In this document: piece after piece, positions 5,893 to 15,711 of the stretch
Layout of the letters: each line of letters begins with the position of its first letter
Position numbering within the stretch: position 1 is the stretch's first letter
Assembly (NCBI GenBank): GCA_019347675.1
Contig: JAHWKW010000001.1
Location: 168,958-232,957, forward strand
DNA length: 64,000 bases
Reading direction: 5' to 3'
From: Actinomycetota bacterium
Lineage (GTDB): Bacteria; Actinomycetota; Nitriliruptoria; Nitriliruptorales; JAHWKO01
Translations under genes and position numbers: made by a program
Notes under the pieces: model-generated
What the model was told of the DNA's origin: nothing
The model's input: only the letters and a program-made list of their open reading frames with translations
Database searches by the model: none

Positions 5893-8163
5893 GTGCTGCG
5901 CGAACGACGGCGGATCCGGGTCACCGGCACCGTGCAAGGGGTCGGTTTCCGCCCGTTCGTGTACCGCACGGCCGTCGACCTGGCGCTGGACGGGCACGTC
6001 TCCAACGACAGCCTCGGTGTGGTGATCGAGGCCGAAGGCGCCCCCGCCGACCTCGACGAGCTGTGCCGACGCCTCGTCGACGACGCCCCGCCGCTGGCCC
6101 GCGTCGCCACGGTCGCCACCGAGCGGATCATCGCCCCCACCGCCGACGCGGGCGGCTTCACGATCGTGTCGAGCAGCGAGCGCGGCCCTGCCAACGTCCC
6201 GGTCAGCGTCGACGTCGGACCGTGTGACGACTGCTTGGCCGAGCTCGACGACCCGGCCGACCGCCGCTACGGCTACCCGTTCATCAACTGCACCAACTGC
6301 GGTCCGCGGTACACCATCACCCGTCGCATCCCCTACGACCGCCCGCTGACCACCATGGCGTCGTTCACGATGTGCGCCCGCTGCCAGGCCGAGTACGACG
6401 ACCCGGGTGATCGTCGCTTCCATGCTCAGCCCAACGCCTGCCCCGACTGCGGCCCGGACCTGGCCCTGACCGACCCCGCCGGGGTGCCGCAGGCCAAAGG
6501 CGCGGACGCCCTCGATCTGACCCTGGAGCACCTCGCCCAGGGCCGCATCGTGGCCATCAAGGGCGTTGGCGGGTACCACCTCGCGGTCGATGCGGCCGAC
6601 GCGGGGGCGGTCGGGGAGCTGCGCCGGCGCAAGTCGCGCGACGACAAGCCGTTCGCGCTGCTGGTCACCGACCTCGACGGCGCGCGCGCCGTGTGCGACC
6701 TCGACGCGCACGCGGAGTCCGAGCTGATCTCACCACGCCGCCCGATCGTGCTGGCCCCCCGCCGCCGCGACGCGCCGGTCGCTGATGCGGTCGCCCCGGG
6801 CCTGCCCGAGCTCGGGGTGATGCTCCCGCCGTCACCGCTGCACCACCTGATCGCCACGCGGTTGGGTGGTCCGCTGGTGCTCACCAGCGGGAACCTCTCC
6901 GACGAGCCGATCGCGCACGACGACGACGACGCGGTCGCCCGTCTGGGTCCCCTGGTCGACGCCATCCTGTCCCACGACCGCGCCATCCACATCCGTTGCG
7001 ACGACAGCGTCATCCGTGCAGGCGTCGACGGCCGGCTCCAGCCGATCCGTCGCTCCCGGGGGTACGCGCCCGAGCCGCTGACGCTGCCGTCACCGGCGCA
7101 GCGGCAGGTCCTGGCCGTCGGGGCGGAGCTGAAGAACACCGTCGCGGTGGCCAAGGCAACCGCGGTCATCGCCAGCCACCACATCGGCGACCTCGAGCAC
7201 TACCCGACGTACGCGTCGTTCCTGCAGGCCGTCGAGCATCTGTGTCACCTGTTCGGTGTCGCCCCCGAGGTGGTGGCCCACGACCTGCACCCGGAGTACC
7301 TGTCGACCAAGTTCGCGACCGAGTTCGGCCTACTCCCCCACCCGGTCCAGCACCACCACGCGCACATCGCGTCGTGCCTGGTGGACCACGGCGAGCCTGG
7401 GCCGGTCCTGGGGATCGCGTTCGACGGGCTGGGGTTCGGGACCGACGGGACGCTGTGGGGCGGGGAGTTCCTGGTCGCCGACCTCGACGGGTTCGAGCGT
7501 GTCGGCCACCTGCGACCCGCTCCCCTCCCGGGCGGTGCCGCGGCGATCCGCGAGCCGTGGCGGATGGCGGTGAGCTGGATCGGCGAGGCGCTGGGGCGCG
7601 AGACGCTGGAGGCGATCGGGCCGGGACTGGACGACCGCTGGGACGCTGTGGCGCAGGTCGCCACGTCCGACGCGACCCTGTGGACCAGCAGCGCCGGCCG
7701 CCTGTTCGATGTCGTGTCGGCGCTGCTGGGCATCCGCGGGCGGGTCACCTACGAGGGCCAGGCCGCGATCGAGCTGGAGGCCCGTGCGCGTGCGGTCCTC
7801 CCGGCCGACGCTCCCGTCTACCCGGTCGACGTCGACCACGGGGTCTTGGACCCGGCTCCGCTGCTGGCAGCGATCCTCGACGAGCGCCGACGTGGCGTGG
7901 ACGTCGCGCGCATCGCGGCGGGTTTCCACGCCGGCCTGGCCGCGGCGACGGTCCGTTTGGCGACCGCGCTGGCGCGGCAACGGCAGCTGGAGACGGTGGC
8001 GCTCAGCGGTGGGGTCTTCCAGAACGTCCGGCTCACACACCTGGTCGCCGATCAGCTCCGGGCGCTCGGGTTCGGCGTCCTCGTCCACCGCTCGGTGCCT
8101 GCCAACGACGGCGGCATCGCGATCGGACAGGCCGCGATCGCTTCCGGCTGCCGACGGCAGTGA
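5893..8163 (+). CDS. hypF: Carbamoyltransferase HypF
   Basis: Acylphosphatase domain (VTGTVQGVGFRPFVY), two CxxC-X18-CxxC zinc fingers (CDDCLAEL...CTNCGPRY, CARCQAEY...CPDCGP), and YrdC-like and Kae1-like domains. Confidence 0.95.
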   Translation: MLRERRRIRVTGTVQGVGFRPFVYRTAVDLALDGHVSNDSLGVVIEAEGAPADLDELCRRLVDDAPPLARVATVATERIIAPTADAGGFTIVSSSERGPANVPVSVDVGPCDDCLAELDDPADRRYGYPFINCTNCGPRYTITRRIPYDRPLTTMASFTMCARCQAEYDDPGDRRFHAQPNACPDCGPDLALTDPAGVPQAKGADALDLTLEHLAQGRIVAIKGVGGYHLAVDAADAGAVGELRRRKSRDDKPFALLVTDLDGARAVCDLDAHAESELISPRRPIVLAPRRRDAPVADAVAPGLPELGVMLPPSPLHHLIATRLGGPLVLTSGNLSDEPIAHDDDDAVARLGPLVDAILSHDRAIHIRCDDSVIRAGVDGRLQPIRRSRGYAPEPLTLPSPAQRQVLAVGAELKNTVAVAKATAVIASHHIGDLEHYPTYASFLQAVEHLCHLFGVAPEVVAHDLHPEYLSTKFATEFGLLPHPVQHHHAHIASCLVDHGEPGPVLGIAFDGLGFGTDGTLWGGEFLVADLDGFERVGHLRPAPLPGGAAAIREPWRMAVSWIGEALGRETLEAIGPGLDDRWDAVAQVATSDATLWTSSAGRLFDVVSALLGIRGRVTYEGQAAIELEARARAVLPADAPVYPVDVDHGVLDPAPLLAAILDERRRGVDVARIAAGFHAGLAAATVRLATALARQRQLETVALSGGVFQNVRLTHLVADQLRALGFGVLVHRSVPANDGGIAIGQAAIASGCRRQ

Positions 8164-8173
8164 CGCGCGGCGG

Positions 8174-8413
8174 TCAACGACCAGCCGGCGGAGGCGGGAT
8201 CGACTTGGCCGCCAGGATGTCGCGCTCGTCGACCTGCACCTGCTCGTCCCGCCTGGTGCGGATCGTCAGCACGCCGTCGTCCGACCAGGATTCGAGCTGG
8301 CCGAGGACGTCGCTGGGCACCAGCCCGCGCCGGTCGTCTTCGACCCAGCGACGGACCACGACCCGGCGGCCGACGTCGGCACGGGTCAGACGGTTGACGT
8401 AGCGGGCGCGCAC
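8174..8413 (-). CDS. Small conserved hypothetical protein (79 aa)
   Basis: VRARYVNRLTRADVGRRVVVRRWVEDDRRGLVPSDVLGQLESWSDDGVLTIRTRRDEQVQVDERDILAAKSIPPPP. From memory it resembles the N-terminal domain found in front of some actinobacterial GNAT proteins. The GTG 8413 start is inferred. Confidence 0.45.
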   Translation of the reverse strand: MRARYVNRLTRADVGRRVVVRRWVEDDRRGLVPSDVLGQLESWSDDGVLTIRTRRDEQVQVDERDILAAKSIPPPPAGR

Positions 8414-8414
8414 G

Positions 8415-9071
8415 CTACTCGCCGCCCAACAGGACGCGCCCGAAGCGGCGTACCTCGGCCGCCAGCACGTCGCCGTGCTCGGCGAGGAAGTGGTCGCCGC
8501 CGTCGACCACGTGCAGTTCTTTGGGCTGGGCAGCTGCCTCCACGATCGGGCGCAGCTGATCGAGACTCGTGAACTGATCGCGCGATCCGTGCAGGAACAG
8601 CTTGCGTGCCCGCCACTCGCCGAGTCGGTCGACGGCCAGCGGCGGGAGCTCGAAGTCGCCATCGTCGGCGAGCAGTCCCACTCCCACCCATCCGTCGACG
8701 CGTTCGTCGTCCAACGCCGACCGCAGCGCGACGTGCGCCCCGAACGACCACCCGACCAGCATCAGGCACGTCTCGGCGCCGGTCTCGTCGATGACACGCT
8801 CGACCGCGCCGGCGACGTCGGCGAGTTCGGCCTGCCCCCCGCCGTGGGAACCTTCGGAGCGGCCAACGCCGCGGAAGTTGAAACGCAGCCCCACCCAGCC
8901 GTCGCCGACCAGCGCCCGTTGCAGGACCGGCATCATCCACGAATCCATCGATCCGCCGGCCTGCGGGTGCGGGTGACACACGATCGCGGCGCCGCGCGGC
9001 GACTGGTCGGGGAGCGTGAGCCGCCCCTCCAGCACGACGCCATCAGCCGCGGCGAAGGAGATCCGGGGCAC
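8415..9071 (-). CDS. Alpha/beta hydrolase (dienelactone-hydrolase-like)
   Basis: VPRISFAAADGVVLEGRL...IVCHPHPQAGGSMD...LVGWSFGAHVA...LHGSRDQF...DGGDHFL. The GTG 9071 start is chosen within track ORF 8415..9236. Confidence 0.8.
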   Translation of the reverse strand: MPRISFAAADGVVLEGRLTLPDQSPRGAAIVCHPHPQAGGSMDSWMMPVLQRALVGDGWVGLRFNFRGVGRSEGSHGGGQAELADVAGAVERVIDETGAETCLMLVGWSFGAHVALRSALDDERVDGWVGVGLLADDGDFELPPLAVDRLGEWRARKLFLHGSRDQFTSLDQLRPIVEAAAQPKELHVVDGGDHFLAEHGDVLAAEVRRFGRVLLGGE

Positions 9072-9159
9072 GCGCCCTCCTGGTTCGGCTTCGCGTCTTG
9101 CAGCGATCAGCCGTACGGTACGCGCTGAGACGGCCCGCCCGGAAACACAGGAGACCCTG

Positions 9160-9486
9160 GTGACGTATGTGATCGCCGAGCCCTGCATCGACGTCAAGGA
9201 CAAGGCCTGCGTCGAGGAGTGCCCCGTGGACTGCATCTACGAGGGCGAGCGGATGCTGTACATCCACCCGATCGAGTGCATCGACTGCGCGGCCTGCGAG
9301 CCGGTCTGCCCGGTGGAGGCGATCGCCTACGAGGACGACGTTCCCGAGGAGTGGGCGGAGTTCACCGCGATCAACGCCGAGTTCTTCGAGGATTCCGTGA
9401 CCGGGCTGGGCTCTCCGGGCGGGGCCTTCCAGGTGGGGAAGGTCGACGCGGACCACCCCAAGGTCGTCGACCGGGAGGTGCTGTAG
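9160..9486 (+). CDS. fdxA: 7Fe ferredoxin (3Fe-4S/4Fe-4S), actinobacterial FdxA type
   Basis: VTYVIAEPCIDVKDKACVEECPVDCIYEG...IHPIECIDCAACEPVCPVEAI. An SD (aggaga) precedes GTG 9160. Confidence 0.9.
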   Translation: MTYVIAEPCIDVKDKACVEECPVDCIYEGERMLYIHPIECIDCAACEPVCPVEAIAYEDDVPEEWAEFTAINAEFFEDSVTGLGSPGGAFQVGKVDADHPKVVDREVL

Positions 9487-9502
9487 CCGCCGGAGCCGCG
9501 AC

Positions 9503-10621
9503 TCAACCGAGCGGCAGGATCCCCGGGGTCCGGGCGGCCTCGGGAAGCAGGTCACCCGGCCAGCGCTTGCGCGACGTCATCGACAGCTTGGCGAGCAGGT
9601 TCATCGCGACGTCGTCGTCTTCAGCCGGACGGACCTCCACGAGGCCGGCGTCGATCACGCCGCGCATCCACTCCTCGCCCCGCGCCGTGCGCACCATCGC
9701 CAGCGTCCAGTCGTTGTCCTTCCCGATCCCCCCGGTGGAGATGTCGGCGTGTTCGGCAGCGAAGTCGGGGCACAGCTTGCAACCGGGTCGGGTGTGGGGA
9801 TGCAGCTCCTTGAGCGGGATCTCGACGTACCGGCCGTCGCGGGTCCACACCATGAACCGGCCCTTGACGTTGACCTTGATGACGTCGGCGATGTCGATGC
9901 CGTGGGCGGCGAGGACCTGGCGCTGCCCGTCGTAGGTGAACGTCTTCGAGCACAGCAGCCCGATGGTCAGCGCGATCTTCCGCCGGTACTTGTTGACGCC
10001 CCGCGCTGCGACCGTCCCGTTGATCGACGCCTGGCAGGACATCCCGACCAACGCGACCTGGCGGAGCCGTTCGGCGTCGGCCTGTTGCATCGCCAGGGGG
10101 TTCGCCGAGTAGGTGTAGCGTGACCCGGCCGTGGCCACGACGTCCTCGCGGGTGCGGGCCAGGAACGGCTCGGCGTCGAACGGGCCACGCCCGCCATCGA
10201 CGATCCGAGAGGTCAGAGCAGCCTCGATGCGGTCGGTCTCCAAGCCCCAGATCAGCAGGACCGACACCAACCCCCCGTCCTGTCCGGCGAGGTGGATCGC
10301 CTCGTCGGTGGCGCGAGCCAGCAGCAGCGACCGCGCGACGCCGGAGACCTCGTCGGGTCGGCGGAGACGGCCGAACAGTTCCGTGTCGAGCTCGGACTCC
10401 CAGGCGCGGAAGCGGGGACAGGCTCGGGTGCAGATGTCGCATCCGCGGTCGCCGGTCAGGCACTGGTCGATCCCCATGCCGTCGCCGATCTGCACGGGGA
10501 GGTACTCCGACGTGTAGCCCAGCACGTCCGGGGGGCAGGCCATCACGCAGGCGGCGCATCCCGTGCACAGTCCGGTGTCGACGACCTCGTGGTAGAGCTC
10601 TCGCCAGTGGACGTCGCCCAC
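9503..10621 (-). CDS. Coenzyme F420 hydrogenase/dehydrogenase beta-subunit (FrhB/FdhB/FpoF) family protein with an N-terminal 2x[4Fe-4S] domain
   Basis: CTGCAACVMACP...CDICTRACP, then ALVGMSCQA...IGLLCSKTF...CKLCPDFAAEHADISTGGIG. GTG 10621 has a GGAAGGGG SD. ATG 10645 is an alternative start. Confidence 0.8.
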   Translation of the reverse strand: MGDVHWRELYHEVVDTGLCTGCAACVMACPPDVLGYTSEYLPVQIGDGMGIDQCLTGDRGCDICTRACPRFRAWESELDTELFGRLRRPDEVSGVARSLLLARATDEAIHLAGQDGGLVSVLLIWGLETDRIEAALTSRIVDGGRGPFDAEPFLARTREDVVATAGSRYTYSANPLAMQQADAERLRQVALVGMSCQASINGTVAARGVNKYRRKIALTIGLLCSKTFTYDGQRQVLAAHGIDIADVIKVNVKGRFMVWTRDGRYVEIPLKELHPHTRPGCKLCPDFAAEHADISTGGIGKDNDWTLAMVRTARGEEWMRGVIDAGLVEVRPAEDDDVAMNLLAKLSMTSRKRWPGDLLPEAARTPGILPLG

Positions 10622-10670
10622 TGCATCCCCTTCCCGCCACCGCATGCGCGGCGCGGGTGCAGGGTACGGC

Positions 10671-11195
10671 TCACCCCGTGGCGGACGCCAGGTCCAGCGC
10701 CGGGCTGCCCTCAAACCCGTCGAGGAGCCTGATGCGGACGCCGCACGCCCGCAGGAAGTCGCGGACATGCTCCCAGCCGTCGTAGCGACCGCCGGAGGCC
10801 ACGACCTCGGCGATCCCCGAGTTGGCGATGAGCTTCGCGCATCCGAAGCACGGCGCCCCGGTGCAGTACAGGGTCGCGCCGTCGCGCTCCTCGGGCGACG
10901 AGAACAGCAGCGCGTTGGCTTCGGCGTGGATGGCGGTGCACGACTCGTAGTCGTGGCCCTGTGGAGCGTCGGAGCGCGCCCGGGGACACGCGCCGTCGGC
11001 ACAGTGGGGGTAGCCCGACGGGGCGCCGTTGTACCCGGTCGCGACGATGCGGCGGCTGCGCACGATCACCGCGCCGTGCTTGCGGCGCACGCACGTCGCC
11101 CGGGTGGAGGCGGCGCGGGCGAGATCGAGGAAGTACTCGTCCCACGACTGGCGGTCAGGGTGGGCGACGCTCGATGGATCCCAGGACGTACGCAC
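10671..11195 (-). CDS. dCMP (deoxycytidylate) deaminase / CMP-dCMP deaminase zinc-binding protein
   Basis: WDEYFLDLARAASTRATC...GAVIV...TGYNG...HAEANAL...PCFGCAKLI. GTG 11195 is preceded by GGGGGAGG. Confidence 0.85.
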   Translation of the reverse strand: MRTSWDPSSVAHPDRQSWDEYFLDLARAASTRATCVRRKHGAVIVRSRRIVATGYNGAPSGYPHCADGACPRARSDAPQGHDYESCTAIHAEANALLFSSPEERDGATLYCTGAPCFGCAKLIANSGIAEVVASGGRYDGWEHVRDFLRACGVRIRLLDGFEGSPALDLASATG

Positions 11196-11350
11196 GAGGA
11201 ACCTCCCCCACGCCGCAGCGCGGAACATCACCCGACGTCCCGGGGAAGGCGGTGGGACCGCGAGACGGTCGGCAGGCTAGCACCGCGAACGGTGGTGTGG
11301 CCGCCAACGCCGCAGGTTGCGCCCCCGGCGGACGCGGCCCGCCAAGGCGG

Positions 11351-12460
11351 TCACAGGTTGCCGCGTCTGGCCTGCGCGCGTTCGATCGCTTCGAACAGCG
11401 CCTTGAAGTTGCCCACGCCGAAGCCGGTGGCGCCGTGCCGCTGGATGATCTCGTAGAACAGGGTGGGGCGGTCCTGCACCGGCTCGGTGAAGATCTGCAG
11501 CAGGTAGCCCTCCTCGTCGCGGTCGACGAGGATCCCCAGGTGCTGCAGCGCGTCCCAGTGCTCATCGATGTCGCCGACCCGGTCGCGGGCGTCGACGTAG
11601 TACTGGTCGGGGACCTCCAGGAACTGCACGCCGTTGTCTCGCAGCGCCGTGACGGTCGAGACGATGTCGGGGGTGGACATCGCCACGTGCTGGACGCCCG
11701 GCCCGCGGTAGGCCTCGAGGTACTCCTCGATCTGTGATCTGCGTCTGCCTTCGGCCGGCTCGTTGATCGGGAGCTTGATGCGGCCGATCCCGTCCCACAG
11801 CACCTTCGACATCAGCGCGGTGTAGTCGGTCGCGATCTCCTGGTCGGAGAAGTGGCGGAACTCGCTGAACCCCAGGATCCGGGCGTAGAAGTCGGCCCAG
11901 TCGTTCATCGCACCGAGCTCGACGTTGCAGACGACGTGGTCGATGCTCGACAAGCCGACCGGACGCGCGATCGGGTCGCTGGGGACGGGGCGGTAGCCGG
12001 GGAGGTACACGCCCCCGTAGTCGCCACGCTGCACGAACGAGTGGATCGTGTCGCCGTAGGCTGCGATCGCGGCCGCGACGACTTTGCCGTGCTCGTCCTC
12101 GAGGACCTCCGGGTCGCGGTGGGGTGTCGCCCCGCGTGCGACCGCTATGCTAAACGCCTCCGCGGCGTCGGGGACCGTGAACGCCACATCGTGGATCCCG
12201 TCGCCGTGCAACGCCTGATGGCGGCTGACGGGGTGGTCGGGGTCGAGCCCGGAGGTCACCACCAACCGCACCGCGCGTTGCTGCAGCACGTACGAGGCGC
12301 GGTCGCGGAGCCCGGTCTCGGGACCGGCGTAGGCGACCAGCCGGAACCCGAACGCGGTGCGGTAGTAGTGCGCGGCCTGCTTGGCGTTCCCGACCCAGAA
12401 CTCGATCGCATCCCAACCGATGATCGTGAGATCCTCGGTGTTGCGGTCGGCGGTGCTCAC
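11351..12460 (-). CDS. hppD: 4-hydroxyphenylpyruvate dioxygenase
   Basis: IEFWVGNAKQAAHYY...GDGIHDVAF...IDHVVCNV...GVQHVAMST...LQIFT...FYEIIQR...GFGVGNFKALFEAIE. GTG 12460 has an AGGAG SD. Confidence 0.9.
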   Translation of the reverse strand: MSTADRNTEDLTIIGWDAIEFWVGNAKQAAHYYRTAFGFRLVAYAGPETGLRDRASYVLQQRAVRLVVTSGLDPDHPVSRHQALHGDGIHDVAFTVPDAAEAFSIAVARGATPHRDPEVLEDEHGKVVAAAIAAYGDTIHSFVQRGDYGGVYLPGYRPVPSDPIARPVGLSSIDHVVCNVELGAMNDWADFYARILGFSEFRHFSDQEIATDYTALMSKVLWDGIGRIKLPINEPAEGRRRSQIEEYLEAYRGPGVQHVAMSTPDIVSTVTALRDNGVQFLEVPDQYYVDARDRVGDIDEHWDALQHLGILVDRDEEGYLLQIFTEPVQDRPTLFYEIIQRHGATGFGVGNFKALFEAIERAQARRGNL

Positions 12461-12545
12461 GCGCGCTCCTGTGTGTCCGGCGACCCTCCATGATGCAGGC
12501 GCCAGCAACGGACGGCACTGCCCGAGCGGCTCCGCAACACGAGGT

Positions 12546-13727
12546 TCAGCGGATCGAGACGATCACCGCCCCGACGTCGACCTGACCGTACAGCCCGACG
12601 ATGTCGGGGTTGGACAGGCGGACGCAACCGTGCGATGCGTCCCGTCCCAACGAGTCGACGTTGGCGGTGCCGTGGAACCGGATGGCGCCGGGGGCCGACC
12701 AGTTCAGCGCCCGCAGCCCCAGTGGGTTGTTGGGACCCGGCCCGATCCGCCGGGGCATGCCCCGACCCCAGCCGTTGGGGGAGGGGTTGACCCACGTCGG
12801 CCGGTACCGCTTCTGGCTGACGTGGTACACGCCGGTGGGGGTCGGGTCGTTCCCGGTCCCGACCGCGACCCGGTAGGAGCCCGCGACGCGGCCGTCGAGG
12901 TACAGATCGAGGCGGTGTTGGCCTTGCCGCAGGAACAGCACCTGCGCGTAGGCAGCCGTCGTCACCTCGGGTCGCAGCTCCTCGGTGACGACCGTCACCG
13001 TGTCGGGCCCTCCCCGCAGCGCCGCCAGCAGCGCCTCGGCGGTCGGCTCGAACTGCACTGCTCGGCCGACCCGGTGCGGGGTGGTCCAGATCCGTTCGCG
13101 GTTCCACGACAGCTCGGCGTTGGCGGGGGCGATGTACAGCGTGTCGGCGATGGCGCGCACCAACTGGCGCGCCGTGTCGCGGGGCTGGTCGACCGTGACC
13201 GTCGCTTCGAACGGCACCTGCCGGCCGCGCCACCGAACCTCGGCCAACGTCCGCCAGGACACGTCACGCGAGGCGTCGATGGCCGCGTCGACGACCTGCT
13301 CGGCGTCCGTGGTGGCTCCGAGGTCCCGCAACGACGTTGTCCACGTCCGGTCCTCGAACCGCAGCGTCACCGGCCGGTCCAACACCGGCGCCAACGCGTC
13401 CTCGATCGCGGCGAGCGCTCGGGTTCGGTCCATGCCGGCGAGGTCGACCGCTTGGATCACGGCGCCGGGCAAGGCACGGTCCTGCCACGCGTGGCGGTAC
13501 CGGCGCATGTCGTTGGCGACGGCGGTGCCTGTGGCGGCGACGACGGACACGATCACCGCGGTGACGACGGCCCACGCGCGCCGCGCCGACCGCCTCGGTC
13601 GCGCTGTCCAGAGGTCCCCCACACGCGCCCCGTCGCTGGTGGTGTCCGTCACAGTACGACAAGTCAGGTCTGCGGTGCGAGTGGATTGGTGGGGGCATGA
13701 CCAGCGTCGCGCAGCCCGTGACACCAC
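12546..13727 (-). CDS. L,D-transpeptidase (YkuD domain) with an N-terminal membrane anchor
   Basis: C-terminal catalytic motif IRFHGTANVDSLGRDASHGCVRLSN, and a TM segment AWAVVTAVIVSVVAATGTAVA. The start is uncertain (13727 or GTG 13652). Confidence 0.85.
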   Translation of the reverse strand: MVSRAARRWSCPHQSTRTADLTCRTVTDTTSDGARVGDLWTARPRRSARRAWAVVTAVIVSVVAATGTAVANDMRRYRHAWQDRALPGAVIQAVDLAGMDRTRALAAIEDALAPVLDRPVTLRFEDRTWTTSLRDLGATTDAEQVVDAAIDASRDVSWRTLAEVRWRGRQVPFEATVTVDQPRDTARQLVRAIADTLYIAPANAELSWNRERIWTTPHRVGRAVQFEPTAEALLAALRGGPDTVTVVTEELRPEVTTAAYAQVLFLRQGQHRLDLYLDGRVAGSYRVAVGTGNDPTPTGVYHVSQKRYRPTWVNPSPNGWGRGMPRRIGPGPNNPLGLRALNWSAPGAIRFHGTANVDSLGRDASHGCVRLSNPDIVGLYGQVDVGAVIVSIR

Positions 13728-13770
13728 GACACGGCGCTCGTGCGGTCAACGGCGGGTCACGCCGCGGCGA

Positions 13771-14154
13771 TCAGATCTCCGGTTCGGCGGGGGGGATGAA
13801 CCCCGGCGGGAGATCGGCCCGGCCCTCCAGCGGCGACAGCTCGAACTCCTGCCGGCCGATGCGCAGAAACTCCACCGGCTCCCCGCCGATCAGGTGCTGG
13901 TCGATGATCAGGGGGACGTCCTCGACCGTCACGCCGCCGTACCAGACGTTGTCCGGCACGATCAGCACCGTCGGGCCGACCATGCATGGCTCCAGACACC
14001 CGGTGAACGTGACCTTCACGTCCACCAGGCCGCGCTGGCCGGTGAGTTCACGGAACGCGTTGAACACCGCGTCGCCACCCCGTTGGACGCACGACCCGCG
14101 CGGATGGTCGGCGGGGCGCTCGTTGATGCACACGAACACGAACCGCTCGGGCAT
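13771..14154 (-). CDS. Thioredoxin-like [2Fe-2S] ferredoxin family protein
   Basis: MPERFVFVCINERPADHPRGSCVQRGG...TFTGCLEPCMVGPTVLIVPDNVWYGGVT. It is an internal ATG of track ORF 13771..14688. Confidence 0.75.
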   Translation of the reverse strand: MPERFVFVCINERPADHPRGSCVQRGGDAVFNAFRELTGQRGLVDVKVTFTGCLEPCMVGPTVLIVPDNVWYGGVTVEDVPLIIDQHLIGGEPVEFLRIGRQEFELSPLEGRADLPPGFIPPAEPEI

Positions 14155-14271
14155 GCCGGCGCGCGCCACGATCGCTCCTGTCGTCACGGCGACCGTACCA
14201 AGCGCCTGGCCGGGTGGACGCCTGCGACCGTGGCGTCGCGTGCCATCCTGCGCGGGGCAGGGAGGACGGCG

Positions 14272-14712
14272 GTGGGCGATCGCGACGGGGACCAGGATGC
14301 GACCATCCGGCGGGTTCTGGGCTACACCCGTCGGATCGCCGTGGTCGGGCTGTCGCGCAGCTCGCACCGGCCGAGTCACGGGGTGGCGGCGGCGCTGATC
14401 ACCCAGGGCTACGACGTCGTGCCGGTCAACCCCCATGCCGACGAGGTCCTGGGCGAGCGCGCGTACCCGTCGCTCGCCGACGTTGTGGGGACGATCGACC
14501 TGGTCGACGTGTTCCGTCGCGAGCAGCACCTGCCCGACGTCACCCGCCAGGCTGCCGAGGTCGGAGCCAAGGCGGTGTGGTACCAGCTGGGTCTGCGGTC
14601 GGCGGACGGGCGGCGGATCGCCGCCGAAGCCGGGCTGGACCTCGTCGAGGACCGCTGTTTGAAGGTGGAGGTCGCCCGCCTGGAGCACGACATGCAGCTC
14701 CCACCACGCTGA
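14272..14712 (+). CDS. CoA-binding domain protein (YccU-like)
   Basis: IAVVGLSRSSHRPSHGVAAALITQGYDVVPVNP...AYPSLADV...IDLVDVFRR...GAKAVWYQLG. GTG 14272 has a GGAGGA SD 5 nt upstream. Confidence 0.8.
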   Translation: MGDRDGDQDATIRRVLGYTRRIAVVGLSRSSHRPSHGVAAALITQGYDVVPVNPHADEVLGERAYPSLADVVGTIDLVDVFRREQHLPDVTRQAAEVGAKAVWYQLGLRSADGRRIAAEAGLDLVEDRCLKVEVARLEHDMQLPPR

Positions 14713-15675
14713 CTATTCCAGGCCGCGGACCGCCACGGTCGGTGCGCGCCAGCCCAGCAGCGCCTCGGTCATCCGCACCGCGTCGACCGTGCGGGCGACC
14801 TCGTGCACCCGCAGGATGCTCGCCCCCCGCAGGATCGCGAAGACCGCGGCCGCCACGCTGCCGTCGACGCGCGCGTCGATGGACGCGTCGAGCGTCTCGC
14901 CGATGAAGTCCTTGTTGGACAGGGCGACCAGGACCGGGTAGCCGAGCGCGACGAGTTCCGGCAGGCGGCGGGTGAGCTCCAGCGAGTGGTAGGTGGTCTT
15001 GACGAAGTCGTGACCGGGATCGACCACGATGCGGTCGGGGGCGACACCGTGGGCGATCGCGCGGTCGGCCAGCGTCGCGCACTCGGCCACGACGGCCGTC
15101 GTGACATCGGGCCGGTACCCGCGGCGGAACGGACGGGTCCGTGGTCGGCCGCCGTGGTGCATGGCGACGTACCCGGCACCGCGCTCGGAGACGACCGCGA
15201 GGATGTCGGGGTCGTGGGCGCCGGTCACGTCGTTGACCAGGTCGGCTCCGGCCTCCAGCGCCGCGTCGGCGACCTCCGCGCGGAAGGTGTCGACCGACAC
15301 GACCACGTCGGCCTCGGCCCGGACGGCCTCGACCAGGGGCACGACCCTGGCGCGCTCCTCGAGGGGACCGACCGGGTCGCCCGGTCCGCCCTTGACCCCG
15401 CCGACGTCGATGATGTCGGCGCCTTCGGCGATCATGCTGCGGACGCGGGCGATGGCGGCGTCGAGGTCGAACGTGGCGCCGGGCGGGTAGAACGAGTCGG
15501 GCGTGCGGTTCACGATGCCCATGACCGCGATCCGCCGGGTGAAGTCGAAGCGGCGGCGCGACAGCGCCAGCACGGGTCGGCGGCGGTGCGCGACGGCGTC
15601 CCCCAGCGGCGTGGCAAGGGAGCCTGTCGTGCGCGGTGGCGCGGGGCCGTGGGGGTGCGCGGCGGTCACGCACAC
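14713..15675 (-). CDS. folP: Dihydropteroate synthase family protein (FolP/FolP2-like)
   Basis: IAVMGIVNRTPDSFY...GADIIDVGG...VSVDTFRAEVA...GADLVNDV...DPGHDF...ALSNKDFIGE...ILRVHEV. The start (GTG 15675 or 15669) is uncertain. Confidence 0.85.
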   Translation of the reverse strand: MCVTAAHPHGPAPPRTTGSLATPLGDAVAHRRRPVLALSRRRFDFTRRIAVMGIVNRTPDSFYPPGATFDLDAAIARVRSMIAEGADIIDVGGVKGGPGDPVGPLEERARVVPLVEAVRAEADVVVSVDTFRAEVADAALEAGADLVNDVTGAHDPDILAVVSERGAGYVAMHHGGRPRTRPFRRGYRPDVTTAVVAECATLADRAIAHGVAPDRIVVDPGHDFVKTTYHSLELTRRLPELVALGYPVLVALSNKDFIGETLDASIDARVDGSVAAAVFAILRGASILRVHEVARTVDAVRMTEALLGWRAPTVAVRGLE

Positions 15676-15711
15676 GAGGCTAACCTCGCTCGCCGCGGTG
15701 CGGAGGTCGGC

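Noticed and set aside
3457-6711. A 1084-aa ORF on the minus strand, and similar very long ORFs: 19858-21411 (-), 24661-26109 (-), 41630-43492 (+), 45375-46748 (-), 50808-52658 (-), 54232-55629 (+), 61547-62935 (-)
   Set aside because: They lie antisense or out of frame to genes with unmistakable motifs (hypD/E/F, pepA, helicase, GGDEF and others). They are Arg/Gly/Pro/Val-rich low-complexity translations typical of stop-poor high-GC DNA and have no recognisable domains.
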